NCBI GenBank assembly: GCA_022813965.1
Contig: JALDZS010000124.1
Span: forward strand, 1-64,000
DNA length: 64,000 bases
Direction: 5' to 3'
Source: Toensbergia leucococca
Taxonomy: Eukaryota
Position numbers and translations under genes: made by a program. Shown piece by piece: positions 47,601-61,170 of this stretch (its first letter is position 1; each line of letters begins with the position of its first letter). The notes below the pieces were generated by a model, which made no database searches, had not been told where the DNA came from, and saw only the letters and a program-made list of their open reading frames with translations.

Positions 47601-50600
47601 TTATCATAGTGCCCCCTTGCTTGCAATACTGCTATATTCTTTCGCGGTTCACACACCATGACATCCGCAGAGAAAGTGTCTGACGTCTTGAGAGCACAGC
47701 TTTCAAGACTTTGACTAGATTTGAGAAATCACTGGATTGTAATTGTCCCCTCATCAACCCTTCAGCAAAGCCTCATCTCCTCTCCACTTGACTTTCCGCC
47801 TTTGCCGCATACCCCCCCCCCTTCTTCCAGCTTCCTTTACCACACAAGCGACCGCTACCGCTTCTAGCCTTGAAGCTAGGGGAGTTGCAGCACGTGGGTG
47901 TACACGTAGCAGAAATGGCGGATATTGTTCAACTCTTTGAAGCCCTTTTTTGAGGGTTATATATAAGAGTCTGCGGGTGCTTGTGTCTCAATGGCAGGTT
48001 AATGTAACATCTGCTGACTCATCCATCCTTTTGGCTTGAGATCTACCTAGTCAGGCCGGAAAGGTTTTGGTAGGCAGTCGTGGAAGAGGTCGTGCGGCTC
48101 AGTGGGCGTGGATGTTGAGTTGATGTGCTGGGAGGGGCCGTTGGGCTGGGTCAGTAGAGGATATATAAGGAGTTTTTGAGAGCGAGAAGGGCCTAGAAGT
48201 AGAGGCTGGGAAGGGTTGATCGAGAATGACATGTTGAAGTTTGAATCAGGCTCTGTAGAGGTGATTGAGAGGTTCCTGTTTACTCTGGGGATGGTATCTA
48301 TCCGTCGTATATATATCGAACAAAGGAAGGAAAATGGGTAGACGACAATTCGAAATATAAGTCTCAGCTCGATAAACGTCCATGCTTTCAGATTCCGAGA
48401 CAGGAAGGACCGCCTGTCCCTCCTGACATCGCAGCGTCCCAAGCCGGGCAGAGTAATACACCGTCCACATCAGATGTTGCTACGCCTTCTTGACCAGGCC
48501 GCCCCTGGTGTTGGGGAGGGGGACTGAGATCGATGAGTTGGAGCTATATAATCGTTCACGGTGCTGAGGAGATCTTGTTCATGGCATCGAACATGGTACC
48601 CTTCGTCCTACACACAGATCCTAGAGCAGTTCCAACGGCCTGGAAAGAGGGTGTGCGTCAGCACTTACCGCTATCAGTGCCCAGGAGTATCACTTACGTC
48701 TTTTTTTTTATATGTGTAATCTTTCCTACCATCCACCCTCCTTCAAACAAGATATCTCGCACCTGATCGCGTGGACGAGTTTCCCAACGCCCGTTTTTCG
48801 TTGTTTTGAAAGATGTAGGTGTGGGTCTAGGTCAGGATCTTGATGAGGGCTTGAGCTACACGCTTCTAGCCACTATGTAATTCGTTGCATGGGGGCTTCT
48901 GTGTGGAGAAATGTGGCTTCGCGAGGGTAGGGCTTGTCTTTGAGGATTTTTGGCGGGTTGGGGGTAGGAGCGGTGATAGTTTGTTAGGGAGGCTGGGGTG
49001 GGATGGGATCTGAGGTGGTTTTGTGATATGGATATTGAGAAAAGGGGATGTGGTTTTTGGTGGGATTTTGGTGATGGGTTGGGAAGGTTGTAGGTGTGGT
49101 TGGTTTTGAAGAATTGGGTTGGAGTGAACTGTGAATAGCGGAAATTCGATGGAGGATTTTGAGACTGAGAGGAGGATTGCGTTTAATATATTCACTCCCC
49201 CGGCCCCACTCTTTTTTTCTCTCTTTCTTTAGGACGGAAGAATCTCATATCGGATCCATACGCTTCTTGAGGAAAGTTCAACATATCCACTTCGTGAAAG
49301 TGAGACAATAGTCACCGCAGCAAACAAAGACCAACGCAACGCCTCTTCCTTGACGTGTGTGCGTCGGCCCCAACGCGGACACCCGTCGGGGATGAGCTAT
49401 TAGAGTTGATACGTGGGTGGAACTTGTAACACGAGAGAACCCCATGTGCGTTTTCCTCGCTCCACATATGCATGCGCATCAACAACGACGCCACGGATGC
49501 GTGCCGCGATAATCGATATTGTGAGGACTGGCCTTGGCGCCACGGATTCGAGAAAGCCGTCAAAATGCCCCTCTGGCTAGTCAGGACGAGTAACTAGCCG
49601 CTACGTAAGCGAATCTCACAGGACGGAGGGAGAGGGGGGAAGTGTTTGCTTGCCGGGTTGAGAAGGAAGGTACGGTTAGATGCAGTCATAGCTCATCATC
49701 GCTCTCGGGTTTTCTGGACGTAGCGCCGCAGTTGAGAAAAAGATGTCGAAAGCTTAAGCACTCACCCATCTTGCTTTCCCGACCTCTTGCTTCCGAGTAC
49801 ATGAGTTGATATCCATGGATGGATGGTTGGGTGGAGGGCAAGTGTGTTTGCTATCGATGACATCTCGAATCCTACGGCTCGGTGCAGCTGTAGTCGGTGA
49901 TGTGGCTGCCTGAATGAATGGTGCCACTGGGTACGAAAGGAGCTGTTTTGGAGGTCGTGATCCATGTGTTCCCCTACCTTACCCTCGCATCCGTCCGTCA
50001 CATTCCCAAAACCAAACATCTTCACCTTCCCTCTCTTGAGCCCCCAGAAAAACCACATGAGCTCGGACCCTCGGCCTCCAAGTTCATGCCGTCGACGCCC
50101 GAGGATACGGATGTGATCTTATGAGTTTGTTAATTATTTTAGTTGCATGAGCATTTGCTGCGGGAAATGATGCATTGAAAGGATGTGGAAGAAATGTGTT
50201 CTTGTTGTTGTTCTTTTGCAATGTTATGCGAAAGTTTGCTGGATGGGTGAGATCTGTTTTCTTCTCTTTTTTGAAATTATATGAGCAAATGTTTGAGAAT
50301 TAAGAGAGAGCTGTTGATCATGTCTTGAAATTACTTCTTTCAAGTGTACATATTTTTATAAGTCGTTTGTGTCATAGATATATATGCGCGAGAATGTGAG
50401 TTGATAGTTGCTACCAAAAAGAAAAACATGGTTAGATTTCAGATGCTGCAAATCGTTCAACTGACATTGTTATAGCCTGCATCCGACTACCCAACTCCGC
50501 TTGCGAGACCCATGTACGAAAAGCCTACCTGGTGGTTCTCGCTCTCAGCACTTTAAATGCAGCCAGTGGTGGTGCATGGGGTTGTGCTGATAAACTTTTA

Positions 50601-50696
50601 CTCGACCCCACGGTCTGATTCACTGGCTCGTCGCAGGTAGATCTCTTAACCTAGTTGGCCAAAGCGAATATCTTACCGAGGATGGCGGGTTCGACT

Positions 50697-52410
50697 TCAC
50701 ATCCCCATCGTCCGCTCCTCACTCCCCTCAATCCACTTCTCCAACATCTGCCTGTCCCGAACCTTGAATCCAACCTTGAACGGCTTCGGATCAAGCGTCA
50801 AACTTGTCTTGATGGCATTACACTCCAGCGAATTCAAAATAGGCAGATTCTCACTCTTTTGCGGGGGGAGGATCTCAAAGGCGGAGATTAGCCGGATAAA
50901 CGCTGTGTAAAGCTCGCGGTTGGCGAGGTGTGAGCCGACGCACATACGCGAGCCGGCACCGTAGCCGTAGTGCGGGGTACCATCAGTGGAGGAGAGGTAG
51001 CGGTCTGGATTGAAGGATTGGGGGTCTTTGAAATGGGCGGGGTCATAGTCGGCGGACCAGGCATTCTGGGCATGTTAGGTTTTGGGGGGCTTTGTGGAGA
51101 TTGTAAAAGAGGGACACACCATGAAAAAAGTAGTGCCAGCTGGAATGATCGAATTCTCCCACTCAATATCTTTGATGCTTTGACGAGGGAGGCAGATGGG
51201 GATGACCGTCCAGAAGCGCAGGGTTTCTTTGACGAAAGCCGTGATATAGGGGACATTTTCTTCTGTAAGGCATTTCTCCCAAGCGTCACAATCGGGATAG
51301 GCTTTCATGATTTCGGCGAGGGCGTGCTTTTGAATTTCCTGGCCGTGTGGTGAGGAGAGATATGCGATTGCCATGATTAGATTACCAGGGACGGTGTCGA
51401 GGCCCGCGGAAACCATGGTCAGGCAGATTGATTTGATCTCAGCTGAGGGTGAGTTAGGTTGGAGCTTTTAGCTTCGAAATAGGAAAGATGATTGTTGTTA
51501 CCTTCATTAAGCTTTGTTTCGGGGTCTTTGAGCACATTTCCTGTTATACAAGGTCTGTCTTCTCCCTTTGCAATATTTTCCTTCAGCCTTTCTAATAACA
51601 AATCCAGGTATTTATCTCTCCTAATTCGATACTCCTTCGCTATAGTATTTTGCGCCGGCCACAGTCGCATTAGTGGGATATAATCCTGCCAATTATTGCT
51701 TGTGCTCCGCAGACTTGACACTTCCCTTTCAACATGCACAATTTCTCTCACGAGCTCATTGTCAGCCTTTCCGTCGATCCGAAACCCATAATTCAATGTC
51801 AAACTTGTGTTCAATGCAAAACGTTGAAAATACGTATTTGGGTCTATGTCTTTTTGTCCGTTCAGAGTATTCTCGAAAATTTCCTTGATACTAGCGGTAC
51901 TTTCGAGATCAATGATTGGCATGTAGCTCTGTACCGCTGGTCTATTAAGGGCGGTGGCCGCAGCCTTTCGCCTTTTCTTGCAGGACTCATCCCATGGAGA
52001 GGTGCCGATTGTGTAGCCCTGAGAGGAAGATACGACGCCGTGAAAGGTGTGGAAAGTAGGGCGGGAGATGAGGGCAGATTGATTGTGAATCCAGAAATGT
52101 CTCACGCTGTCAAAGGTGTTTGCAAAGATGATTCTCTGCAGACGGTAAGCTAGGTTTGGTAAGACTTGTTCTCTCAAATGGAATCATTTACTCTATTTCC
52201 CATCCGAACTTGAAATACAGGCCCATATTTCTTAACCCACTCTCCTGCTATTCGGGCATGTTCATTACCCAGTTGGATAAGATTGCCAAAGATGGGTACG
52301 CCGGGAATCTCGGGGAGGTTTTTGACTTTAGGAGTATCGGTTCGGTTCAAGTATCTGAGGGTGAAGAAGAAAATTGCCAAAAGAGCTATTCCAACAGTCT
52401 GGTAAGTCAT
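50697..52410 (-). CDS. phacA: Cytochrome P450 phenylacetate 2-hydroxylase (CYP504A)
   Basis: RTDTPKVKNLPEIPGVPIFGNL, SALISRPTFHTFHGVVSSSQGYTIGTSPWDES, SAGLDT (I-helix), KETLR and the heme motif HYGYGAGSRMC; 3 introns. Confidence 0.9.
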
Positions 52411-53349
52411 ATTTATGAATCAGGGCGACTCCAGAGCAGGTGGATGGTCTTGTTGACAGTTGCTCTGGATTCAGCAATATCTCTGTTACTGAATTGACAC
52501 GGCCTTGTCAAAGTTTCAAAGGAATCCAAGAAGTAGGAACAATACTCAATAATGAAGTAGACATGATATCGAGGGAAGCAAATAACAGGGTGTGTATAAA
52601 TATTAGTATTGGCATCATGAGTACTATCAGCCCCAGAAACGGAAATCTTCCCTCCGCCTTGATAGCAGTGTTCCCCGCATTACAAGCATGGCGGTGGTGA
52701 TGAGGCACGCGGAAAGGATTCCGCGTCAAAAACCATTCTATTTACTCACCTGACCATGACGGCGACTGTGACATGTTTGGACTGGCATTGAATGAAGCAA
52801 TTGGCTTCCGCCTTGAAAAGAATGAGGATCAAACAGATTTCGCGATGACCGAGGAGCAACTAGACATTTTATCCTTGTGAATATTGAAGACAATGAATGC
52901 CTTTAGCGCTGAACATCAAGGTCGGCCATCGCTGCCTGTTTCTCCGTCCCTTGAGGCTGCTCCGGCACTAGAACATTCCTTATTCCTCCCGCCGTCCCAC
53001 AGATAGTCCTCCTAGGGGGGGAAGGGATTTAGTCGTGCTGGGTGACCAATCAATCAATCAGGACAATACCTCATCATCAGATCTAAACATGCGAGATACA
53101 GCATCAGGGGCTCGAAGCTAGAATAGGAGGCTAGCTCCAGCGTCTATTCCATGACACGGAGAGATCGGCAAGAAGACGGAAGCAAAGCGGAATCAACATG
53201 TGGGGTGGTACAACCCCTCGTACCAGGAAGGAGAAAGTGGGATTAGAATGCAACGGCCAGCTCCTACGATACCACAACCCTATTCCTCTTCTCGAGCTCA
53301 TCTCTCACTCCTTAAATTCCTCTACCACCAATCTCCCCTAATTTAAACC

Positions 53350-54721
53350 ATGGCAAAAAAGTCTTGGCTTCCAGTTGACCCGACCTCTCACTTCTCCCTC
53401 GACAACATCCCCTTCGGCATAATCACTACCCCCATATCTTCAACGCCCCATCCTGCAATTGCCATCGGCCACCTAGCCCTCGATCTTCACGCCTTCGCTA
53501 CCTCAAATGGCTTCTCTGCCTTACCCCAAATCCACCCCCATCTCTCAACCTTCTCCTCTCAAACCCTCAACGCCTTCGCTGCCCTCGGCCGTCCCATCCA
53601 CCGCCAAGTGCGCAGTTACCTACAAGACATTCTCTCGGAAACCACCTCATATCCAAACATCCTAAAAGAGAACCCCGCCCTCCAAGAACAATGCCTCTTT
53701 TCCCTCGCCAAAATCCACACCCATCTCCCCTTCCAAATAGGAGACTATACCGATTTCTTCGTTGGTCGCAACCACGCTCGAAACGCCGGCTCCCTCTTCC
53801 GCTCATCTGCCCAAGCCCTCAACGCAAATTACTCCCACCTGCCAGTCGCCTACCACAGCCGCGCCTCCTCAGTTGTCATTTCCGGCACTCCCATTCGCCG
53901 CCCCTGGGGCCAAATGCTCTCTAGTCCTTCCGCTGTGCCTGATATTCCCATCATGGCTCCCACCCGCCGTCTAGACTTGGAGCTCGAAATCGGCGCTTTT
54001 GTGTGTCGTTCGAACACGATGGGAGACCGGGTAAGCATTGAAGAGGCAGAGGAGGCCTTGTTTGGGCTAGTGCTACTGAATGATTGGTCGGCGCGCGATG
54101 TGCAAGGGTGGGAGTATGTGCCGCTGGGACCGTTTAACGCGAAGAATTTTGGGACGAGTGTGAGTGCTTGGGTGGTGTTGATGGATGCATTGGAGCCGTT
54201 TAGGACGAAAGGCTTAGAAAGTGAGGTAGAGTTGCTACCATATCTGAAAGAAAAAAAGCAGGAAAATGTCTACGATATTCAGCTTGAGGTAGATATTACT
54301 AGTACGTTTCCCCTCTCTTCCCATAAAGTTCTCCAATTGGCCCCTATCGACAATGATAACTAATTCCTCCTAAAAAGCCCCCTCCAAAACCACAACAACT
54401 ATAACACACACGTCTGCCCGCAACCTCCTCTTCTCCTTTCCCCAAATGCTCGCCCACCACACCATCGGCGGCTGCCCACTCCAAGTCGGCGATCTCCTCG
54501 GTTCCGGTACCATCAGTGGCACCGAGCCTGGCTCGGAGGGATGTTTACTGGAGCAGAATCGAAATGGCGCTGTTGTGATTAAGTTAAAGAACGGAACGGA
54601 GAGAACGTTTTTGGAGGACGGGGATGAGGTCTGTTTGAGGGGGTGGGCTGGGGAAGATGGGGGAAGGGTGGGGTTTGGGGAATGTGTTGGACGGGTTGTG
54701 GAGGCGTGGGAGGAGGGTTAG
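53350..54721 (+). CDS. fahA: Fumarylacetoacetase (FAH)
   Basis: FSLDNIPFG, GDYTDF, RASSVVISGTPIRRP, LDLELE, NDWSARDVQGWEYVPLGPF and GDLLGSGTISG; one intron near 54302-54378. Confidence 0.92.
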
Positions 54722-55844
54722 GGATCGTGTGGAGGAGTTGGGTGGTGGATTGTATGTGAGTTTTGAGATTGATGGGTTTATGGCTGTGGGTTTTATCAAG
54801 TGGGTTTGAGAGGGGTGGTGACGTTGCTGGGACTGGCTTTTTGGCCGTTAGCAGGCCGACTGCTGGGACGCGGCAGGAGTCTGACTTTTATTTGCTCATG
54901 ATGTGGATGACTGAGAGGTGAATGAAGATTAAGTGAGGAAGATTGGAGATAAAATGGATGTTGTTCGAGGAAGGTTGTCACGAGGTGAGGAAGTGGATCT
55001 TTTGAAGATATCGAATACCCTCCACGCTATACTTTAACTCGGGACATCCCTGCCTCTTATCCATCACATCTTAGAATTAGCAAACCCCATCTCTACACGC
55101 TCTTTTACCCGACTTCATTGGAGATTCGTTACGCGCTGCTTTGCGTGATACACAATTTGAGATGTGATTAACAAAATTCACGAGGGACTCCTTGGCCGTT
55201 TTCTAGAGCAGAGATCGCTGGTGCGTAGGCATAGATCTGCTCGGCTGCGAAATCTCTTCGAGGGATTTTTTACTCCGTGGCTTTCATTTATAATGTTCAC
55301 AGTTCACTTATCTGAGTTGTATCCCATTGCCCCCTTTTCTATAATCCACTCCACCCTTATTCATTTACTTGCAAGACGCTTTCTTTTTGTGTGTGGTGGA
55401 TGGGGTTTTGCTGTACCCCCGTGGTGGAGGGAGGTCGGCGTTGCATAAGCACTGTATCTTTTGTTGAGCTACCCACGCAGGAAAGTAAGAAAAAGATAAA
55501 GGCAAGGGAACGAAAAAAGTGAAGAAAAAGGGTTTAGGATTGTGGGTCGAGGGGCTGATATTTATGTAATGCATGAGAGATTTCTCTTTTTTTTGGGGCT
55601 CGCAAACAGGTTGAATCATGACATCACCACCCTTCCCCCCTCTCCAAATCCCTCCTACCATTCACTCTTCGATCATTCACTCCAAACCACCCCTACCACC
55701 TTCTATCCTCACCTCACCTCCCACCATCACCTCCCACCTCACATCCCTCACATCCCACCTCACCTCACATCCCCCACCAACCTCCTCCCCCCCGCCCAAA
55801 GCCCCTCCCAACCCAAAACAAACAACACCAACAACCAAAAAAAA

Positions 55845-56298
55845 ATGCCAGACCCCCACACAGGCGCCTCCCTCTCCTCCATGGCCGAATCCGGCACCAC
55901 CCTCCCCAACGACGCGGGCATCCAAAACCTCATCCCCTCCGTGCCCCGCCCGGACCAAATCTCCACTCCCACTTCCTCTTCCGATACCGGTAAGGAGGAT
56001 TTGGCTGCTGCTGCTGCGGGGGATGGGGCTGTGGATATGCCTGGGGTAGGTGCCTTCTTTTTGGTTTTGGTTTTGGTTTGGTTTTGGGGGCGGGGGCGTT
56101 GATTGATTGATTGATTGGTTGGTTGATTGGGGTTGTTGTTGCTGACGGGGGGATTTTCAGGATACGGGAGATCGGGGGGCGACGGGGGAGGTGGTGACGG
56201 GGTTGGGGGATCAGTTGCCGGCTGGGGTTGAGGAGAAGAGGCTTGGTGGGAGTGGGGGGAAGGGGGTTGGGGGTGGGAAGGTTGTTGGGGGGAAGTGA
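55845..56298 (+). CDS. Small hypothetical hydrophilic protein (~112 aa, 2 exons)
   Basis: Exons 55845-56045 and 56161-56298 (GTAGGT..GCTGAC..CAG): MPDPHTGASLSSMAESGTTLPNDAG..IPSVPRPDQ..GEVVTGLGDQLPAGVEEKRL. Confidence 0.7.
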
Positions 56299-56440
56299 GG
56301 GAGTTTTGGGGGATTGAGGGAGTGGGGGAGTTTTGGGTGTGGCTGAAGGCGGGGTTTGATATTGTGCTGAAAGTGAGATATGAGGTTTGGGAAAAGGTAC
56401 TGGTGTTTTGTGTGCAAGTTCTTCCATTGTTGTAGCGGAG

Positions 56441-57617
56441 CTATTCTTTCAATTGCCCGGAGCTACCGTGTACCTGGCCCCATTTTCTGACTTTGCCATC
56501 CATATCCCGTCTTACAAATAATACCACCACCGCCATAATCCAACTCATCAGCGTATCGACAACACCCCATCCATTCCTCTTACTCGTCGCCAACGCACTA
56601 GCCTTCAATGCCATCCCCAGTAGTGTTGTAGTAATCATCTCATCTCCTCTTTCCAATCCCTTTATACTCGACTCCGCGACCTCGTCTGGTTGTTGGCCCC
56701 CATCATCTTCTTCCATCTTTTTGGTGATGGCGGGTTTTATCTTTTGTTCTGCTTCTAGTGAGGCGGTGAAGATGGTCCCTGGGAAGACGGTGTGGATTTT
56801 CACTTCTGGGGATTGCGTGTAGAGTTGCAGTTCTTGAGAGAGTGTGTCGGAGAGGGAGCGGAGGGCGTGTTTGCCCGGGGAATAGGGTCCGTAGCCGATT
56901 ACGGGATAAAAGGCTACAAGGGATGAGGTGAAGATGAGATGGCGAGCTGGAAGCTGTTCGGGTGAGGATGTTGATGGAGAGGTTTTGGTGGGTTTGATTG
57001 TAGAGGGACGGAGCCAGGATTGGAGGGCGGCGTGGGCAATGTAGGCGGTGGAGAAGTAGTTGTGGTCCATTTGCTCTCTCAGCATTTCAATTGGAGTGTC
57101 GATGAACAAAGTTGGGTGACAGGAGCCAGCGCAGCACCAGACAATGTCTGGGGGCTGGTTGTTATTCCATGCGGTTGCTTCTGAGATTATTCGGGCTCCT
57201 TCAGCGGGATTCATGAGGTCGGCGCTGATATAGTGGAAGCGCTGGGAATGGGGACGGATTGCTGCTGCCTCCAGATGGGCTTAGTTCAAAGTCAATGGCC
57301 AATTGGAGGGGACCTACGGAAATGTCTTCGAGAGCATCTTTGAGTGTCTGGACGGTGCGCGCTACGATCAAGACGTTGGCTCCCTTTTGTGCAAGAATTC
57401 GAGCAGCACTTCTCCCCGTACCCTGGGAGCCACCGGTGATGACAATTGTCTGGGCTCCTTGTTAGCTGAGCTGGTAATGTCGGATTTCGAGAGGGCTATG
57501 TACTCGGCCATCCACGGGGAAGTGATTTTTGCCTCTGAAAACTCCCATCATATCTGCGGCCAAGAGCAAGACAAAGAGGCCGAGGAAGGCAGATGTCAAG
57601 AGGAAGCCCAAGGCCAT
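56441..57617 (-). CDS. TSC10: 3-ketodihydrosphingosine reductase (SDR)
   Basis: N-terminal [50 protein letters not shown] and a C-terminal TM; 2 introns. Confidence 0.9.
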
Positions 57618-57792
57618 TAGTCTGAGAGTAAGGAGATCATGCGCGGCGTTGCGATCCTTTGTTGTTGTTTTGTTGACATCCTCATCCAGAGGCGGTGTGC
57701 GGCGACGCTAGTGGTATCGATACACCATCTGAGAAATATCTTTTGAAATTGTTGCAAAAGATTTCCTCCACTCCAGAACCTTAACCACGAAC

Positions 57793-59860
57793 ATGGGAAA
57801 GAAACGGAAGGCTGGTGGTCAGCCATTTGGTGAGGTCAGGAAGAACGAGTCTGAGCAGGAAGATGCCAAGTTGAAATTCAGAACGTGGGAGGATGTTGCG
57901 GATTCGGAAGATGAATTTCATATTAATCGGGACAAGATATTGTTAGACGAAGGACCTGCGCAGAAGAGGCGGAGAAAATTAGAAGAGGAAGGTATGCAAC
58001 GTATCTCAGCTGTCGAAGCGACTCAGGGGCAGGTCACTGATATTGATCAAAGAGAGGTTACTCGAATTTTCCGATGAAGAGGTCCTAGCGGATGCCCAAT
58101 CCGCGTCAGAGTCAGAATCCGACGAGGAACAGTCCGAATACTCCGATGCGCAACCCAAGTCAAAAAAGCCCAGAGCTCCTTTCAAAGACACAGATTCCGA
58201 GGGATCAGTGGTTCCTGACGATGACGATGACAAGGGTGATTGGGGAACTTCTAGACAAGACTATTACAATGCCGACGTTATCGAGACGGAAGCGGATGCT
58301 TTGGAAGAGGAGGCAGAGGCGAGAAGGTTACAGAAAAAGCAGCTTGAGGGCCTAACTGACGCAGACTTTGGCTTTAACGAGGTAGATTGGCTAGAAGCAG
58401 GAAAGACCCACGGAGAGGATGAGGGTGATAGGGGCCATGATGGAATTGTCCGGGAGACTCTACCTGCACTCGAAATCACAGATGACTTGGGCCCGGAAGA
58501 GAGATTGAAAATCTTAAATGCAAGATATCCAGAGTTTGAACCTTTGGCCAAAGAGTTCATCGAACTTCAATCTGTGCATACAGATTTGTCCCTCGCCGCT
58601 GCAGCTGCTGTGGCAGTGCAATCGCACACTATAAATACTGAGGATTCACCGATTAAAGGCAACTCTGAGAGCAACAAACCTCCAGTTGCAAGTATCAAGC
58701 ATAGCGCATTGGCAACATACCTGGCTGCGTTGAGTATGTACTTTGCTCTGCTTACTTCAAGTGTGGAAGCCACAGATGGCAAACGTGTGGCAATGTCGGC
58801 AGCAGAGCTAAGAGAACATTCGATTATGCAGACTTTGATGCAGTGTCGGATGCTTTGGGAGAAGGTAAAGGATCTCCCAGTATCGGAACTCACTACAAGC
58901 TCCCATGGCGATCTACCAAAGCAGGGTGTTCTGGAGCGCGAACAGCTATCATTGGTTGATGCAGCTGACGAGGATGTAGAGGCATTGAATGAGACTATAA
59001 CCAAACGCAAAAGATCCCGAAAGAGCAAAGCGCAACGGGCAGCTGAAGCAGCACAAATTGAAGCCGACGCCCGACGTGCAGACAGAATAAACAAGACTGA
59101 ACAGGACCTTGCTAGCCTCTCCGCTTTGACAGCTCCTACGAAGCGATCAGTCAAAGCGGTCGAGACGACTGTACAAATGAATGGAGACGATGAATCTGAC
59201 TTTGGAGAACAAACTGCCTTGACGGCCTACGAAGCTTCTGAGAAAGCCAAGAAAAAGAAGACTTTAAGATTCTACACTTCTCAAATTGCACAAAAGGCCA
59301 ACAAACGGGATGCGGCTGGTCGTGATGCAGGTGGAGATGCAGACTTGCCCTACCGCGAGCGATTACGAGATCGGCAGGCTAGACTCAATGCTGAAGCCGA
59401 GAATAGAGGCAAAAAGGCCAAGGACACGAAACGTGACGCACTAGGAGACGAAAGCGATGAAGAAGATCGGAAAGCAGTAAAAGAGCTAAAAGAAGGTAGC
59501 GAGAATGAATATTATGACATGGTAGTTGCTCAATCGCAGAAGAAGAAAGCAGACCGAAAAGCCTTAGCGGACGCTCGACTACAAGCTGCAAAGGAAGGGG
59601 GTGTCATTCGCGTGGTCGAGGAAAGAGGTAGTGACGGTAAGCGGGCAATTACATACGCTATTGAGAAGAACAAGGGGTTGGCGCCAAAGCGAAAGAAGGA
59701 TGTAAGAAATCCTCGAGTCAAGAAGAGGAAGAAGTATGAGGAAAAGAAGAAGAAGCTGGGGAGTATCAGGCAAATCTACAAGGGAGGGGAAGGGAGAGGT
59801 GGATACGGTGGGGAATTGACGGGTATCAAGAAGGATTTGGTGAAGAGTGTGAAGCTCTAG
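57793..59860 (+). CDS. SAS10: U3 snoRNP / SSU processome protein Sas10/Utp3
   Basis: MGKKRKA start, WEDVADSEDEF, LRFYTSQI, GGDADLPY and the C-terminal Sas10 domain KRAITYAIEKNKGL..RNPRVKKRKKY..YGGELTGIK; one intron. Confidence 0.95.
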
Positions 59861-61170
59861 ACTTTGAAGTGACGAAAGGTAGATTGATTGGTCTATTCTG
59901 CGTCTTGGATCACATATTACCACATCTGGGGACACGAGGTCTCTGGCCTAGGACTGCTGAATCCCTAAAGCGGCCGCATTGTTGCAACTATGACCTAGGT
60001 ATCCACATTCTTCAACACTACGGAGGGGTCCAAAGATAACACGGGTGTTTCTGTTCACTACTGAAGAACACCTGTTTCATTTGTACGCCTGTCTCTGACT
60101 CCGGGAGACAAATGGCTACAAGCACTTTGAAAACCTCCGAGTTTTCTTTAATATAATCAATGCTCCCAAATGCGCTTTATCAATCTTAGCCATCAAAGAC
60201 TGCTAATACAAAAGGATAGTTGAGCTCATTGTCTAAGAGCTGAGAAAAATGTCCAAGTCTTCCAAGGTTCATTCCAATTGCTATCGACTGGGGCGCTAAT
60301 CCCCAAAGGCGCTAGCTTGATTGAGGAATACCTTGAAGACAACGTCCGTTTTCAATCCCAACAAAGATAGTTCAGTTCCACTATCCAAAGTCTTTGTTGC
60401 TCTCACAAATGACATATTTTCGAATCTGATGGTAATGTCCTAAAAATCCTACATGGCCGTTTTCGCTACTTTGTTCTTGTCGTTATGCTGGTCTCGTCCA
60501 AGGCAATTTCAATCATGATTCACTTTGCTATTACTAAGGTATATATACCTTGGAAACTACAAAGAGACTATCTCGAGCAAGTGCTGCTCTCATGGGTATC
60601 TATTCCTAGCTCCATTACTATGTCATTATGTTTATCATTTGAATCGTTTCCACATTGATGCTTCGAATTGTCTTATGTGTCTACCTCGTCATGTTTCATG
60701 TTCCGTTAACCAGTACTCTGACCGAGCTTACTGAGGAAAAATGGCTGCTTTCAGTCCAATACAAAGGCTTCACAGATGGAGGCCGCATTGAGATCATGAA
60801 TCGATTCATTAGGGACAAGTATTCACCGAATCCAGTACTGGATGAATAGAAATTGTCAGGTGCGCAATAATGAATATATATCATACTAAATCCTGTCAAA
60901 GGAAACCTCTACGAAAAGCTCAAGCACGACCATGAGTACAAAGGGTCCTGTCCATGCCGCATCCGTCTTCGGCAAGCCTGATGGGATGGCATTCGAGCAC
61001 GCATACAGCATAAATGGTCCAAGACATCCTTCATTCCATACTATACGCCAGTATATTGCGTACTAGGACCACCATCGACCGCAGCCCATATTCATTCGAG
61101 AATCAAGAGTTCCAGATCATCGGGAGAAGGGAGAGAAGGACCTGCAGTACATTCGTGGACGCAAAGAATA

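Noticed and set aside
48050..48900. Minus-strand intron-like signals and short ORFs
   Set aside because: Multiple stops and no recognisable family; cannot support a gene call.
60249..60990. Possible degraded BTB-like gene (..FSNLM/VYIYLGNY..)
   Set aside because: Fragmentary, with stops and no convincing continuous model.
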